From: Alphaproteobacteria bacterium
Lineage (GTDB): Bacteria; Pseudomonadota; Alphaproteobacteria; UBA6615
Length of the DNA: 64,000 bases
Direction: 5' to 3'
Assembly: GCA_002727315.1 (NCBI GenBank)
Contig: PBWR01000007.1
Span: 204,005-268,004, forward strand
In this document: in pieces, positions 34,806 through 43,487 of the stretch
Layout of the letters: each line of letters opens with the position of its first letter
Numbering within the stretch: the first letter of the stretch is position 1
Notes under the pieces: generated by a model
What the model saw: only the letters and a program-made list of their open reading frames with translations
Database searches by the model: none
Told to the model about the DNA's origin: nothing
Translations under genes and position numbers: made by a program

Positions 34806-35360
34806 TTATTCCATCATTGATTTCGACAACTCTCCATCCTCGACCAGCGGGTAGCGCCGGGGATCGAAGAGTTGATAGTGCCACCATTCGTTCATGTAGA
34901 AATCCCAGCCTGCCGTCGACATGATGCCCAGGAGCAGATGACGGTTCCGCTGCGCGATCTGCGAAACACCGTCGGATCCGTGGTGGGAATGCGGCGTAAA
35001 CGCATCGAAATCGGTGCCCATATCGAGCGGCGTTCCGCTTTCGTCGAGGAGTGTCAGATCGACAGCGACGCCGCGGCTGTGGGGCGAGCCCCGCCGTGGA
35101 TCGCTCAGAAAATCCGGGTCGGGCGTGTGGTTCCACAGGGCCCATTGGGCCTCGCTGGGCCGCAGCGCATCATAGATCAGCATCCGGTGGCCGAGACATC
35201 CGGCCAGTTCGACGGCGCGCGCGAGGTGTGCGGCGGCGTCTTCATGCAGGAAACAATGGGCGTGTTTGTAGACCGGTTGCCCGGTGAAATTGTTGTCGGT
35301 TGCATAGGTCAGGGAGATGTCGACGCCATATTGCTGTGGGTCGATTTCGACGTAACTCAC
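34806..35360 (-). CDS. D-alanyl-D-alanine dipeptidase (VanX/DdpX, M15D family)
   Basis: 184 aa. GTG start preceded by GAGGAA. Zn and catalytic motifs SPHSRGVAVDL and NEWWHY. No signal peptide. Confidence 0.85.
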   Translation of the reverse strand: MSYVEIDPQQYGVDISLTYATDNNFTGQPVYKHAHCFLHEDAAAHLARAVELAGCLGHRMLIYDALRPSEAQWALWNHTPDPDFLSDPRRGSPHSRGVAVDLTLLDESGTPLDMGTDFDAFTPHSHHGSDGVSQIAQRNRHLLLGIMSTAGWDFYMNEWWHYQLFDPRRYPLVEDGELSKSMME

Positions 35361-35437
35361 GGCAGGTTCCTCACGCGGGGCCGCTTGGCCGCGACCGGCA
35401 CGCGATGCTAGACCCGGTCACTGATTCGCCGGAACGG

Positions 35438-36160
35438 ATGAATATGAACCCGAGCTCCCATCCCAGAATTCTTGCCCTGGACGCCGCCGGGGCGGCGTGC
35501 TCGGCCGCCCTGCTGGCCGACACCGAGATTGTCGCGCGGCGTTGGGAGCAGATGGCGCGCGGTCATGCCGAGGCGCTGATGCCGATGGCCACGGAGGTGG
35601 TCGGCGAGGCCGGCTTCGATGCGCTGGACCTCCTGGCGGTGACGGTGGGCCCCGGTGCCTATACGGGGCTGCGCATTGCAATCGCGGCTGCGCGCGGGCT
35701 CGGCCTGGCGGTCGATGTTCCGGTCTTGGGCGTTGAAAGCTTTGACCTTCACCGGCGGATGGCGCGCGATGCAGGTGTGACCGGGTTGCTTGCGGTGGTG
35801 CTGGAGACCAAGCGCAGCGATTTCTATGTCCAGCTGTTTGGCGCCGATGATCAGCGGCTGGGTGATCCATTGGTGGAGACCGGGCCGGCGGTGGAAGCAA
35901 ATCTGTCCGGTGTGGGTTCGAACTTGGTCCTGGCCGGCGATGCGGCGGCCCGGCTTCTTGATGGCGCACCGGGTCTTGCCGGTGTTGCCGATGCCGTTGT
36001 ACCGCAACATGGCGATGCCGCGGTCGCGGCGATGCTGGCCGGCGAACGATATGGGGGTGCCGATCTTTCGACACTCGCCCCGCCGCGGCCTCTCTATCTG
36101 CGCGCCCCCGACACGACCCCGCCTTCGGCCGACAAGCAGCGTTTGCGTCAGTCGCCGTGA
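35438..36160 (+). CDS. tsaB: tRNA t6A biosynthesis protein TsaB (YeaZ)
   Basis: ILALDAAGAACSAALL...YTGLRIAIAAARGL. The start is uncertain (35405, 35438 or 35444). rimI follows, as in the conserved tsaB-rimI pair. Confidence 0.85.
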   Translation: MNMNPSSHPRILALDAAGAACSAALLADTEIVARRWEQMARGHAEALMPMATEVVGEAGFDALDLLAVTVGPGAYTGLRIAIAAARGLGLAVDVPVLGVESFDLHRRMARDAGVTGLLAVVLETKRSDFYVQLFGADDQRLGDPLVETGPAVEANLSGVGSNLVLAGDAAARLLDGAPGLAGVADAVVPQHGDAAVAAMLAGERYGGADLSTLAPPRPLYLRAPDTTPPSADKQRLRQSP

Positions 36161-36175
36161 AACGGAGCCGGTGCC

Positions 36176-36682
36176 ATGGTTGATCCGGTGATCGTGCCGG
36201 TGGGGCCCGAGGCGGCGGGTGAGTTGTCACGGCTGCATGCGCTGTGCTTCGCCCCCCTGCCCGAAACACCCTGGTCGGAGACGGCCGTTCGGACGATTCT
36301 TCACATGCCCGGTGCGGTCGCGCTTACGGCGTGCGGGCCGGGACAGGGCGTCTCGGGCCTGCTTATAGGGCGCAAGATGATGGACGAGGCCGAGGTGCTG
36401 ACTCTGTGTGTCGCCCCGGACAGCCGAAAGGGTGGGCTGGCGCGCACGCTCCTGCAGGACTTCATATCCCGGATGGGTGATCAGGCACGCATCGCGCTTG
36501 AGGTGGCGGTCGAGAACGAACCCGCCATCGCCCTCTACCGGTCTATGGGCTTCTCCGCGGCGGGGCGGCGGCCGGGTTACTACGCGGCCCGGGGACGAAA
36601 GATCGACGCTCTTGTCCTCGTGCGAGAGCCGATTTGGGACCCGAATTCCGAGAATCGGGAAAAAAACTTGGACAAATCGTGA
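36176..36682 (+). CDS. rimI: Ribosomal-protein-alanine N-acetyltransferase RimI (GNAT)
   Basis: 168 aa. GNAT motif A (RKGGLARTLL) and synteny with tsaB. Confidence 0.82.
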   Translation: MVDPVIVPVGPEAAGELSRLHALCFAPLPETPWSETAVRTILHMPGAVALTACGPGQGVSGLLIGRKMMDEAEVLTLCVAPDSRKGGLARTLLQDFISRMGDQARIALEVAVENEPAIALYRSMGFSAAGRRPGYYAARGRKIDALVLVREPIWDPNSENREKNLDKS

Positions 36683-36741
36683 TCAGGGACTAAATAACGG
36701 CCTAGTAACGATACGAATTTCGACATGTAAGGCAGAAATCA

Positions 36742-37146
36742 ATGAACGAACAGGTTAGTTCGGCTGAATTGTTGAAGTTGACGGCAGAAATAGTCGCCGC
36801 CCATGTCTCCAACAACAAGCTTCCGGCTAATGATTTGCACCAGTTGATTGCCCAGGTTCATACAAGCCTGACGGATGCTGGCGGGTCCAACGGTGCTCCG
36901 CAGCGGCCGTCCCCGGCCGTGCCGATCAAGAAGTCGGTGACGCCGGACCACATCGTTTGTCTTGAGGATGGCAAGAAGCTCAAGATGCTGAAGCGGCATC
37001 TCAAAACTTCCTATGACCTGACGCCCGAGCAGTATCGTGAACGCTGGGCGCTTCCGGCCGATTACCCGATGGTTGCCCCCAACTACGCGAAGAAGCGCAG
37101 TCAGCTTGCAAAGAAGATCGGACTGGGCAAACGGGGCAAGAAGTAA
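36742..37146 (+). CDS. mucR: MucR/Ros family zinc-finger transcriptional regulator
   Basis: 134 aa. SVTPDHIVCLEDGKKLKMLKRHLKTSYDLTPEQYRERWALPADYPMVAPNYA is the hallmark Ros/MucR sequence. Confidence 0.92.
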   Translation: MNEQVSSAELLKLTAEIVAAHVSNNKLPANDLHQLIAQVHTSLTDAGGSNGAPQRPSPAVPIKKSVTPDHIVCLEDGKKLKMLKRHLKTSYDLTPEQYRERWALPADYPMVAPNYAKKRSQLAKKIGLGKRGKK

Positions 37147-37251
37147 CCCTTGCACCCCCCGTGTCCGTGTTCGCCCTGACTCGGAATTTGTCCTATATTG
37201 CGCCGGTGATAACACGTTCGAGACATGCACGATGGTCGGCGGGAGGCGCCT

Positions 37252-37695
37252 GTGAGTTCTAGCTCCCCTTCGCGTATCGAAAACCTGTGTATCGACCGGG
37301 GCCTGAAGCTTACCGAGCAGCGCCGCACAATCGCGCGCGTTTTGTCCGAGGCTGACGACCACCCCGATGTTGACCAGGTGTACCGGCGCGCGACCCGGCT
37401 CGATTCCCGTATCTCGATTGCCACCGTCTATCGAACCGTCCGCTTGCTCGAGGAAGCCAATATTCTCGAGAAGCATGATTTCGGCGATGGCCGCGCGCGA
37501 TATGAAGAGGTGCAGGATGACCACCATGATCATCTGATCGACGTGAAATCCGGCAAGGTGATCGAGTTTTTCAACAAAGAGATCGAGGCGTTGAAGAAGC
37601 GGATCGCGCACGAACTCGGCTATGAACTTATCGATCATCGCCTGGAGTTGTTCGCGAAACCCATCAGTTCACCGGACGAAGACGGCGCCGCTTGA
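37252..37695 (+). CDS. fur: Fur-family metalloregulator (Fur/Mur type)
   Basis: GTG at 37252 preceded by GGGAGG; an in-frame ATG at 37225 is the alternative start. LTEQRRTIARVL...ISIATVYRTVRLLEEA...HHDHLID closely resembles rhizobial Fur/Mur. Confidence 0.85.
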   Translation: MSSSSPSRIENLCIDRGLKLTEQRRTIARVLSEADDHPDVDQVYRRATRLDSRISIATVYRTVRLLEEANILEKHDFGDGRARYEEVQDDHHDHLIDVKSGKVIEFFNKEIEALKKRIAHELGYELIDHRLELFAKPISSPDEDGAA

Positions 37696-37729
37696 TCCCG
37701 CGCCCTCGACATATGAAGTCGGAAAACAG

Positions 37730-38626
37730 ATGAGCGAGAACACCGAAGCAGGCGCGGCGGTGATGCCGGAAGCTGGTCCGGAAGACCTTGATGAGGCCCT
37801 CGCCGGTCTGAGGTTGGGAACGCTCGGGGCCCGCCTTGCGCGCGACGAGGATGACATCGTCGCGGCCCAGGCGCTGCGCTATCGCGTGTTCTACGACGAG
37901 ATGAGGGCCAAGCCGGATGCCAACATAGCCGAGCTCCGCCGTGACGTAGACCCGTTCGACAATGTTTGCGAACACCTGCTCGTCATCGACACGGACCGGG
38001 GTGACGGTCCGGATGCGATCATCGCCACCTACCGGCTTTTTCGCGGCGCGAACGCGCGCGCGTTCGGCCGCTTCTACACGGCCAGCGAGTACGACATCGC
38101 GCCGCTGCTCGACTATCCCGGGGAAATCCTGGAGCTGGGGCGCAGCTGTGTCGATGCGGATTATCGCCGGCGTTCCACCATGCAGCTTCTGTGGAGTGCG
38201 ATCGCGAAGTTTGTGTTTCACCACGACATCTCTTTGATGTTCGGCTGTGCCAGCCTGCACGGCGTGGAGCCCGATGCGCTCGCGTTGCCGCTCAGCTACC
38301 TGCATCATTTCCACCTGGCGCCCAAGGAGTTGCGCCCGGTGGCGCTGCCGGACCTGCATGTTCCGATGGACTTCATGGCTGCCGACGCCGTCGACAAGAA
38401 GGCAGCGCTGAAAGCGTTGCCGCCCCTGTTGAAAGGGTACTTGCGGCTCGGCGGATTCATTGGCGACGGGGCCGTCGTCGACCACCAGTTCAACACGACC
38501 GATGTGTGCATCGTCGTCAAAACCGATCAGGTGACGGGAAAGTACTTCCGCCATTACGGCCGGGACGCACCGGACAGCTGGATACAGAAGCGCGGCAATG
38601 CCGGCGATCGGGACGGCGACGCGTGA
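37730..38626 (+). CDS. olsB: Ornithine lipid synthesis N-acyltransferase OlsB
   Basis: AQALRYRVFYDEMRAKP...CEHLLVID...TYRLF...ELGRSCV...LPPLLKGYLRLGGFIGDGAVVDHQFNTTDV aligns along its length with Sinorhizobium OlsB as I recall it. Confidence 0.82.
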   Translation: MSENTEAGAAVMPEAGPEDLDEALAGLRLGTLGARLARDEDDIVAAQALRYRVFYDEMRAKPDANIAELRRDVDPFDNVCEHLLVIDTDRGDGPDAIIATYRLFRGANARAFGRFYTASEYDIAPLLDYPGEILELGRSCVDADYRRRSTMQLLWSAIAKFVFHHDISLMFGCASLHGVEPDALALPLSYLHHFHLAPKELRPVALPDLHVPMDFMAADAVDKKAALKALPPLLKGYLRLGGFIGDGAVVDHQFNTTDVCIVVKTDQVTGKYFRHYGRDAPDSWIQKRGNAGDRDGDA

Positions 38627-39579
38627 GCGCGCCGACCATCCATCATTCGCGCCTGACAGCAATCTGCCGGGCTGCGGTCTACGTCGTTTTCACGCTGGCA
38701 TTGATCCCGGTCCAGGCCGTCGCGCTCTTGCTGCGCCTGCCCCTGTCCAAGCGAATCCCGCTTTGGTACCACCGAATTTGCTGCCGTCTCCTGGGCATTC
38801 GGCTGGAGGTCTTCGGTCGTCGCTCGCGCGACCGGCCGACATTGTTTGTTGCCAACCACACGTCCTATCTCGACATCCCGATCTACGGGGCGCTGATCCC
38901 GGGGTCCTTCGTGGCCAAGACGGAAGTCGCGAACTGGCCGATGTTCGGATTGCTGGCGAAGCTCCAGCGCTCCGTCTTTGTCGACCGCCGGGTGCGCACG
39001 TCGCACATCCAGGCGACCGCGCTGGGCAAGCGCCTGGAGGCGGGCGACAGCATGATCCTGTTTCCAGAGGGGACCAGCGATGACGGGAACCATATCCTGC
39101 CGTTCAAAAGTGCGCTCCTGTCCGTGGCCGAGTTCAGTGTCAATGAAAAGCCGCTGACAATTCAGCCGGTGTCGCTCACCTACTCGCGCGTCGACGGGGT
39201 GCCGATCGGCCGTCACCTGCGGCCGTACTATGCCTGGTATGGCGACATGGACCTGTTGAACCATGCCGCCGACCTTGTCGGGCTGGGCCGGCTGACCGTG
39301 ACCGTGTCGTTCCACGAGCCCGTCACCATCGAGCAGTTCGAATCCCGCAAGGCGCTGGCGCAGTATTGCGAGCGCCAGATTGTCGGCAGCCATTCCGACG
39401 CCCTGTCGGGCCGGGTCCAGCCGATGGTCGGGACGTCGGGTAAGTGGGACTGGATACGCTGGCGCCTGCGCCCGCGCCTGCGCGACCTCAAGGGGTTGCG
39501 GCGGGCGAGAAAGGGCTTCCAGAGCCCGCGCGAGAAGCGCGCGTCGGCGCGGGTTGACTCCAAGGCAGCGAAGGCTTAG
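38623..39579 (+). CDS. olsA: Lyso-ornithine lipid O-acyltransferase OlsA (PlsC family)
   Basis: The GTG overlaps the olsB TGA (GTGA). Acyltransferase motifs ANHTSYLDI (HX4D) and FPEGTS. Position directly after olsB. Confidence 0.75.
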   Translation: MSAPTIHHSRLTAICRAAVYVVFTLALIPVQAVALLLRLPLSKRIPLWYHRICCRLLGIRLEVFGRRSRDRPTLFVANHTSYLDIPIYGALIPGSFVAKTEVANWPMFGLLAKLQRSVFVDRRVRTSHIQATALGKRLEAGDSMILFPEGTSDDGNHILPFKSALLSVAEFSVNEKPLTIQPVSLTYSRVDGVPIGRHLRPYYAWYGDMDLLNHAADLVGLGRLTVTVSFHEPVTIEQFESRKALAQYCERQIVGSHSDALSGRVQPMVGTSGKWDWIRWRLRPRLRDLKGLRRARKGFQSPREKRASARVDSKAAKA

Positions 39580-39677
39580 GTGTGAGATTGTTTATTAATT
39601 ACAATATGTTGACGGTGAAACGCCGGGCCGTGTTCCGGTCGGTGTGGATCCTGTCGATGCAGACGGCGTAAGGGCCC

Positions 39678-41066
39678 TTGGCCAAGAAGCTTTTCATCAA
39701 AACCTACGGTTGCCAGATGAACGTCTACGATTCCGCGCGCATGGCGGAAATCCTGGCGCCGCTTGGCTATGCGCCGGGTGAGAATCCCGAGGACGCCGAT
39801 ATGGTGATTCTCAACACCTGCCACATTCGCGAAAAGGCGAGCGAGAAGGTCTATTCCGAGCTGGGCCGCCTGCGCCTGGCCAAGGATCGCCGCGCCGAAG
39901 GCGGGGACCGGATGGTGATCGCGGTCGCGGGCTGTGTCGCCCAGGCCGAGGGCTAGGAAATGCTTCGCCGCGCGCCGTTCGTCGATATCGTCCTGGGTCC
40001 CCAGACCTATCATCGCCTGCCCGAGATGGTGGCTCGTGCGCACCGTGCCGGGAGCAAGTCGGCCGGCGTCCTCGACACCGATTTTCCCGTCGAGAGCAAG
40101 TTCGATCATCTTCCCGATCGCCGCACGGAAACCGGCGTTTCGGCGTTCCTGTCGATCCAGGAGGGTTGCGACAAATTCTGCACCTTCTGTGTGGTGCCCT
40201 ATACCCGCGGTGCGGAATTCTCGCGGCCGGTCGAACAGGTCCTCGCCGAAGCCGAACAGCTCGTGGCCGGCGGGGTCCGGGAAATCACGTTGTTGGGTCA
40301 GAACGTCAATGCTTATCACGGCGCCGCGAACGGCGGAGAGATCAGGCTCAGCGAACTCGTGCGTCGGCTCGCAACGACCGACGGTTTGGCGCGCATTCGC
40401 TACACGACCAGCCATCCCCGCGATGTCGATGACGACCTGATTGCCGCGCATGGCGAAGTGCCGGCGTTGATGCCCTATCTGCATCTGCCCGTTCAGTCGG
40501 GCAGCGACACTATTCTCGATGCCATGAACCGTGGCCATGATGCCCGGCGCTATCTGGACACGGTCGCCCGGCTGCGCGATGCCCGGCCCGACCTGGCCCT
40601 GAGCAGCGACTTTATTGTCGGCTTTCCCGGTGAGAGCGACGACGATTTCGAGGCAACCCTCGATCTCGTGCGCGAGGTCGGCTATGCCCAGGCCTATTCT
40701 TTCAAGTTCAGTGCCCGCCCGGGAACACCCGCCGCGGGTCTTCCGCGTCAGGTGCCGGCAGAGGTGAAGGATGAACGCCTGGCGCGGCTGCAAGCGCTCC
40801 TCGAGGAACATCAGAGCGCCTTCAATACGGCCTGTGTCGGACAGGGTGTCGAGGTGCTTTTCGAGCAGCCCGGCCGTCATGCGGGTCAACTCGTCGGGCG
40901 CAGTCCCTACAATCAGGCGGTGCATGTGTCGGCTGAGGAACTGCAGGTCGGTGATATCGCGGATGTTGTGATTGAGGCCTGCAAGACGCACAGTCTGGAG
41001 GGACGGCTTGAGCAGCAGTCCGCCGGTGACATCGGCACGAATATCGAGGAGAGGCTGAGCGCTTGA
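39678..41066 (+). pseudogene. miaB: tRNA-2-methylthio-N6-dimethylallyladenosine synthase MiaB interrupted by an in-frame TAG (pseudogene, split gene or sequence error)
   Basis: A TTG start gives [19 protein letters not shown]...AGCVAQAEG, then TAG (39954-39956), then [24 protein letters not shown]...[11 protein letters not shown] (radical SAM) and a TRAM domain, all in one frame. In E. coli MiaB the aligned stretch reads QEGEHIRQRA, so the TAG sits where a Glu codon is expected. Confidence 0.85.
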
Positions 41067-42049
41067 CATCGACTGACGTGACATCCGGGCAACCGGTGCA
41101 AATCCAGTTCGACGACAACACGCTTCTCCCGGCATTGTTCGGGGATCACGACGAGCATCTGATGCAGATCGAGAGACTGCTCGACGTCACATTGCGCTAT
41201 CGTGGCAACCAGCTTGAAATCCAGGGGTCCGAGACATCCCGGGAGATTGCCGACCGGGCGATCGAAAGCCTGTACAGCCAACTCAAGAGCGGCCAGGAGG
41301 TGATGCTGGCCGATGTCGACGCCGCCGTTCGCATGGCCGCGAGCAGCAACACCGATGACAGCCGGATTGCCATCCGCACACGCAAGCGCACCATCACGCC
41401 GCGCTCTCCGATGCAGGCACGCTATCTCGAGGCGCTGGGCCAGGCCGATCTGACCTTCGGGCTCGGGCCGGCAGGCACGGGCAAGACCTATCTGGCCGTC
41501 GCGATGGCGGTCTCGGATCTAATCCAGGGAAAGGTTGACCGGCTGATCCTGTCGCGGCCGGCGGTCGAGGCCGGAGAGCGGCTCGGGTTCCTGCCGGGCG
41601 ATCTGCAGGAAAAGATCGATCCCTATCTGCGGCCGCTCTACGACGCGCTGTACGACATGCTGCCGGGCGATCAGGTGGCCAAGCGCCTCGCCAGCGGTGA
41701 GATCGAGGTCGCGCCCCTGGCGTTCATGCGCGGGCGGACCCTGTCGCGGGCGTTCATCATCCTGGATGAAGCGCAGAACACGTCGGCGATGCAGATGAAG
41801 ATGTTCCTGACCCGCCTGGGTGAGGGCTCCCGCATGGCGGTCACGGGTGATATGAGCCAGGTCGATCTGCCGCCGGGCACGCGCTCGGGCCTAGCCGATG
41901 CGCTCGATGTGCTCGACAATGTTTCGGGAGTCCGCATTGTCCGGTTTGGGGAGGCCGACGTTGTGCGCCACTCGATGGTGACGCGAATTGTCACGGCCTA
42001 CAACGCCCGCGACAAGGAGAACGGCTCGGGGCAGGACGGCGGCCAATGA
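41063..42049 (+). CDS. phoH: PhoH-like ATPase (YbeZ)
   Basis: 328 aa. Walker [19 protein letters not shown]. 4-nt overlaps with miaB and ybeY. Confidence 0.92.
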   Translation: MTSTDVTSGQPVQIQFDDNTLLPALFGDHDEHLMQIERLLDVTLRYRGNQLEIQGSETSREIADRAIESLYSQLKSGQEVMLADVDAAVRMAASSNTDDSRIAIRTRKRTITPRSPMQARYLEALGQADLTFGLGPAGTGKTYLAVAMAVSDLIQGKVDRLILSRPAVEAGERLGFLPGDLQEKIDPYLRPLYDALYDMLPGDQVAKRLASGEIEVAPLAFMRGRTLSRAFIILDEAQNTSAMQMKMFLTRLGEGSRMAVTGDMSQVDLPPGTRSGLADALDVLDNVSGVRIVRFGEADVVRHSMVTRIVTAYNARDKENGSGQDGGQ

Positions 42050-42549
42050 GCGATCCCGTTGGCGGACATATGGTGATCGTCGATGTCGCGAGTCTGGCCT
42101 GGGACGGGGCCGGATCGCTGGATCTCGAGAGTCTCGCCGTCCAGGCGGTCGTCGCGGCGCTGGCCGGTGCCGCCGTCGAACGGCGCGCAGAGGTCGGTGT
42201 GCGTCTGACGGACGATGCCGAGATCAGGTCCTTGAACCGGCAATGGCGCGACCGCGATGCGGCGACGAACGTCCTTTCCTTTCCGCTCGATGACGACAAT
42301 GCTGGCGGTGACGGGGCTGTTATGCTGGGCGATGTGGTTGTGGCCTACGAGACCGTGGTGGCCGAGGCGTCCCGGGACGGCAAGTCATTGTCCGACCATC
42401 TGACCCATCTGGTGGTGCACGGCGTTCTGCATCTGGTCGGGTTCGACCACGAACAGGCGAATAAGGCAGAGGAGATGGAGGCGCTGGAGCGGCGGATACT
42501 CGCCGGCCTCGATGTGCCCGATCCCTATGCAGACAGCGAGGCCGCGTGA
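42046..42549 (+). CDS. ybeY: rRNA maturation endoribonuclease YbeY
   Basis: 167 aa. HLVVHGVLHLVGFDH zinc motif. Confidence 0.93.
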   Translation: MSDPVGGHMVIVDVASLAWDGAGSLDLESLAVQAVVAALAGAAVERRAEVGVRLTDDAEIRSLNRQWRDRDAATNVLSFPLDDDNAGGDGAVMLGDVVVAYETVVAEASRDGKSLSDHLTHLVVHGVLHLVGFDHEQANKAEEMEALERRILAGLDVPDPYADSEAA

Positions 42550-43481
42550 GCGGTGGCAATGCGAAGATGACCGAGGTTTCACAACAGGACAGTTCCGGCG
42601 TGGTCGAGCCTGCGGGCGACGGCGGCTGGCTGACCGGTTTCGGCGGCTGGCTGCGTCGTCTGGTCAGCGGGCGCAACGGCGAAAACTCGGTCCGCGAGAC
42701 GATCGAGGAACTGATAGAGGATTCCGGCGACGAGGCGACGCCGATCAATCCCGATGAAGGCGCCCTGATCGCCAACATCCTGAAGCTTCACGACCTGACC
42801 GCGGAAAACGTGATGGTGCCGCGCGCAGAGATTGTCGGCGCCGACCAGGCCAGCGAACTCGAAACACTGGCGGACCTGATGTTGCGCGAAGCCCATTCGC
42901 GGGTGCCCGTCTATCACGAGCAACTCGATGAGGTGGTCGGGTTTGTGCACATCAAGGATGTCTTCGCCGCCATGCGCAGCACGCCGCGCAAGTCGGTGAC
43001 GGACCTGACCCGGGAAATCCTGTTCGCCGCGCCGTCGATCCGCGTCCTGGATCTGCTTCTGGAGATGCGTGCGCTCCGGACCCATATCGCGATCGTCGTC
43101 GATGAGTTCGGTGGGGTCGACGGGCTGGTGACAATTGAGGATCTGGTCGAGGAAATCGTCGGCGAAATCGAGGACGAGCATGACGAGGACGGGCCCGAGA
43201 TCACGCGCAATCCCGATGGCTCGATCCTGGCGGATGCGCGGGTCGAGATCGAAGAGCTCGAGACCATGATCGGGCCGTTCGTCACGGAAGAGGAGCGCGA
43301 AGAGATCGATACGCTGGGGGGCGTCGTCTTCTCTCTGGTCGACCGTGTCCCGCGGCGCAGCGAGGTCGTGACCCACGGATCGGGCATCGAGTTCGTGGTC
43401 GTCGACGCGGACGCGCGCCGGATCAAGCGGCTTCAGGTTCGTGACCTGCGGGAGAGCAAGGCTGCGAAGCCGGAATCATGA
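42546..43481 (+). CDS. corC: CorC/TlyC-type protein (CBS pair + CorC_HlyC domain)
   Basis: 311 aa. CBS pair followed by a transporter-associated C-terminal domain. Conserved position after ybeY. Confidence 0.88.
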   Translation: MSGGNAKMTEVSQQDSSGVVEPAGDGGWLTGFGGWLRRLVSGRNGENSVRETIEELIEDSGDEATPINPDEGALIANILKLHDLTAENVMVPRAEIVGADQASELETLADLMLREAHSRVPVYHEQLDEVVGFVHIKDVFAAMRSTPRKSVTDLTREILFAAPSIRVLDLLLEMRALRTHIAIVVDEFGGVDGLVTIEDLVEEIVGEIEDEHDEDGPEITRNPDGSILADARVEIEELETMIGPFVTEEEREEIDTLGGVVFSLVDRVPRRSEVVTHGSGIEFVVVDADARRIKRLQVRDLRESKAAKPES

Positions 43482-43487
43482 CGGACC

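Noticed and set aside
31574-39956. Two in-frame TAG codons within about 8.4 kb (cyclase remnant, miaB) as evidence for amber recoding or suppression (for example pyrrolysine)
   Set aside because: TAG is used as the ordinary terminator of many intact genes in the window (dnaJ, dapB, trpS, the Bax-like gene, infB, rpsO). The cyclase gene also carries a frameshift and a truncation. No pyl-type genes are visible. Independent nonsense lesions, or one sequencing error, are the simpler explanation.
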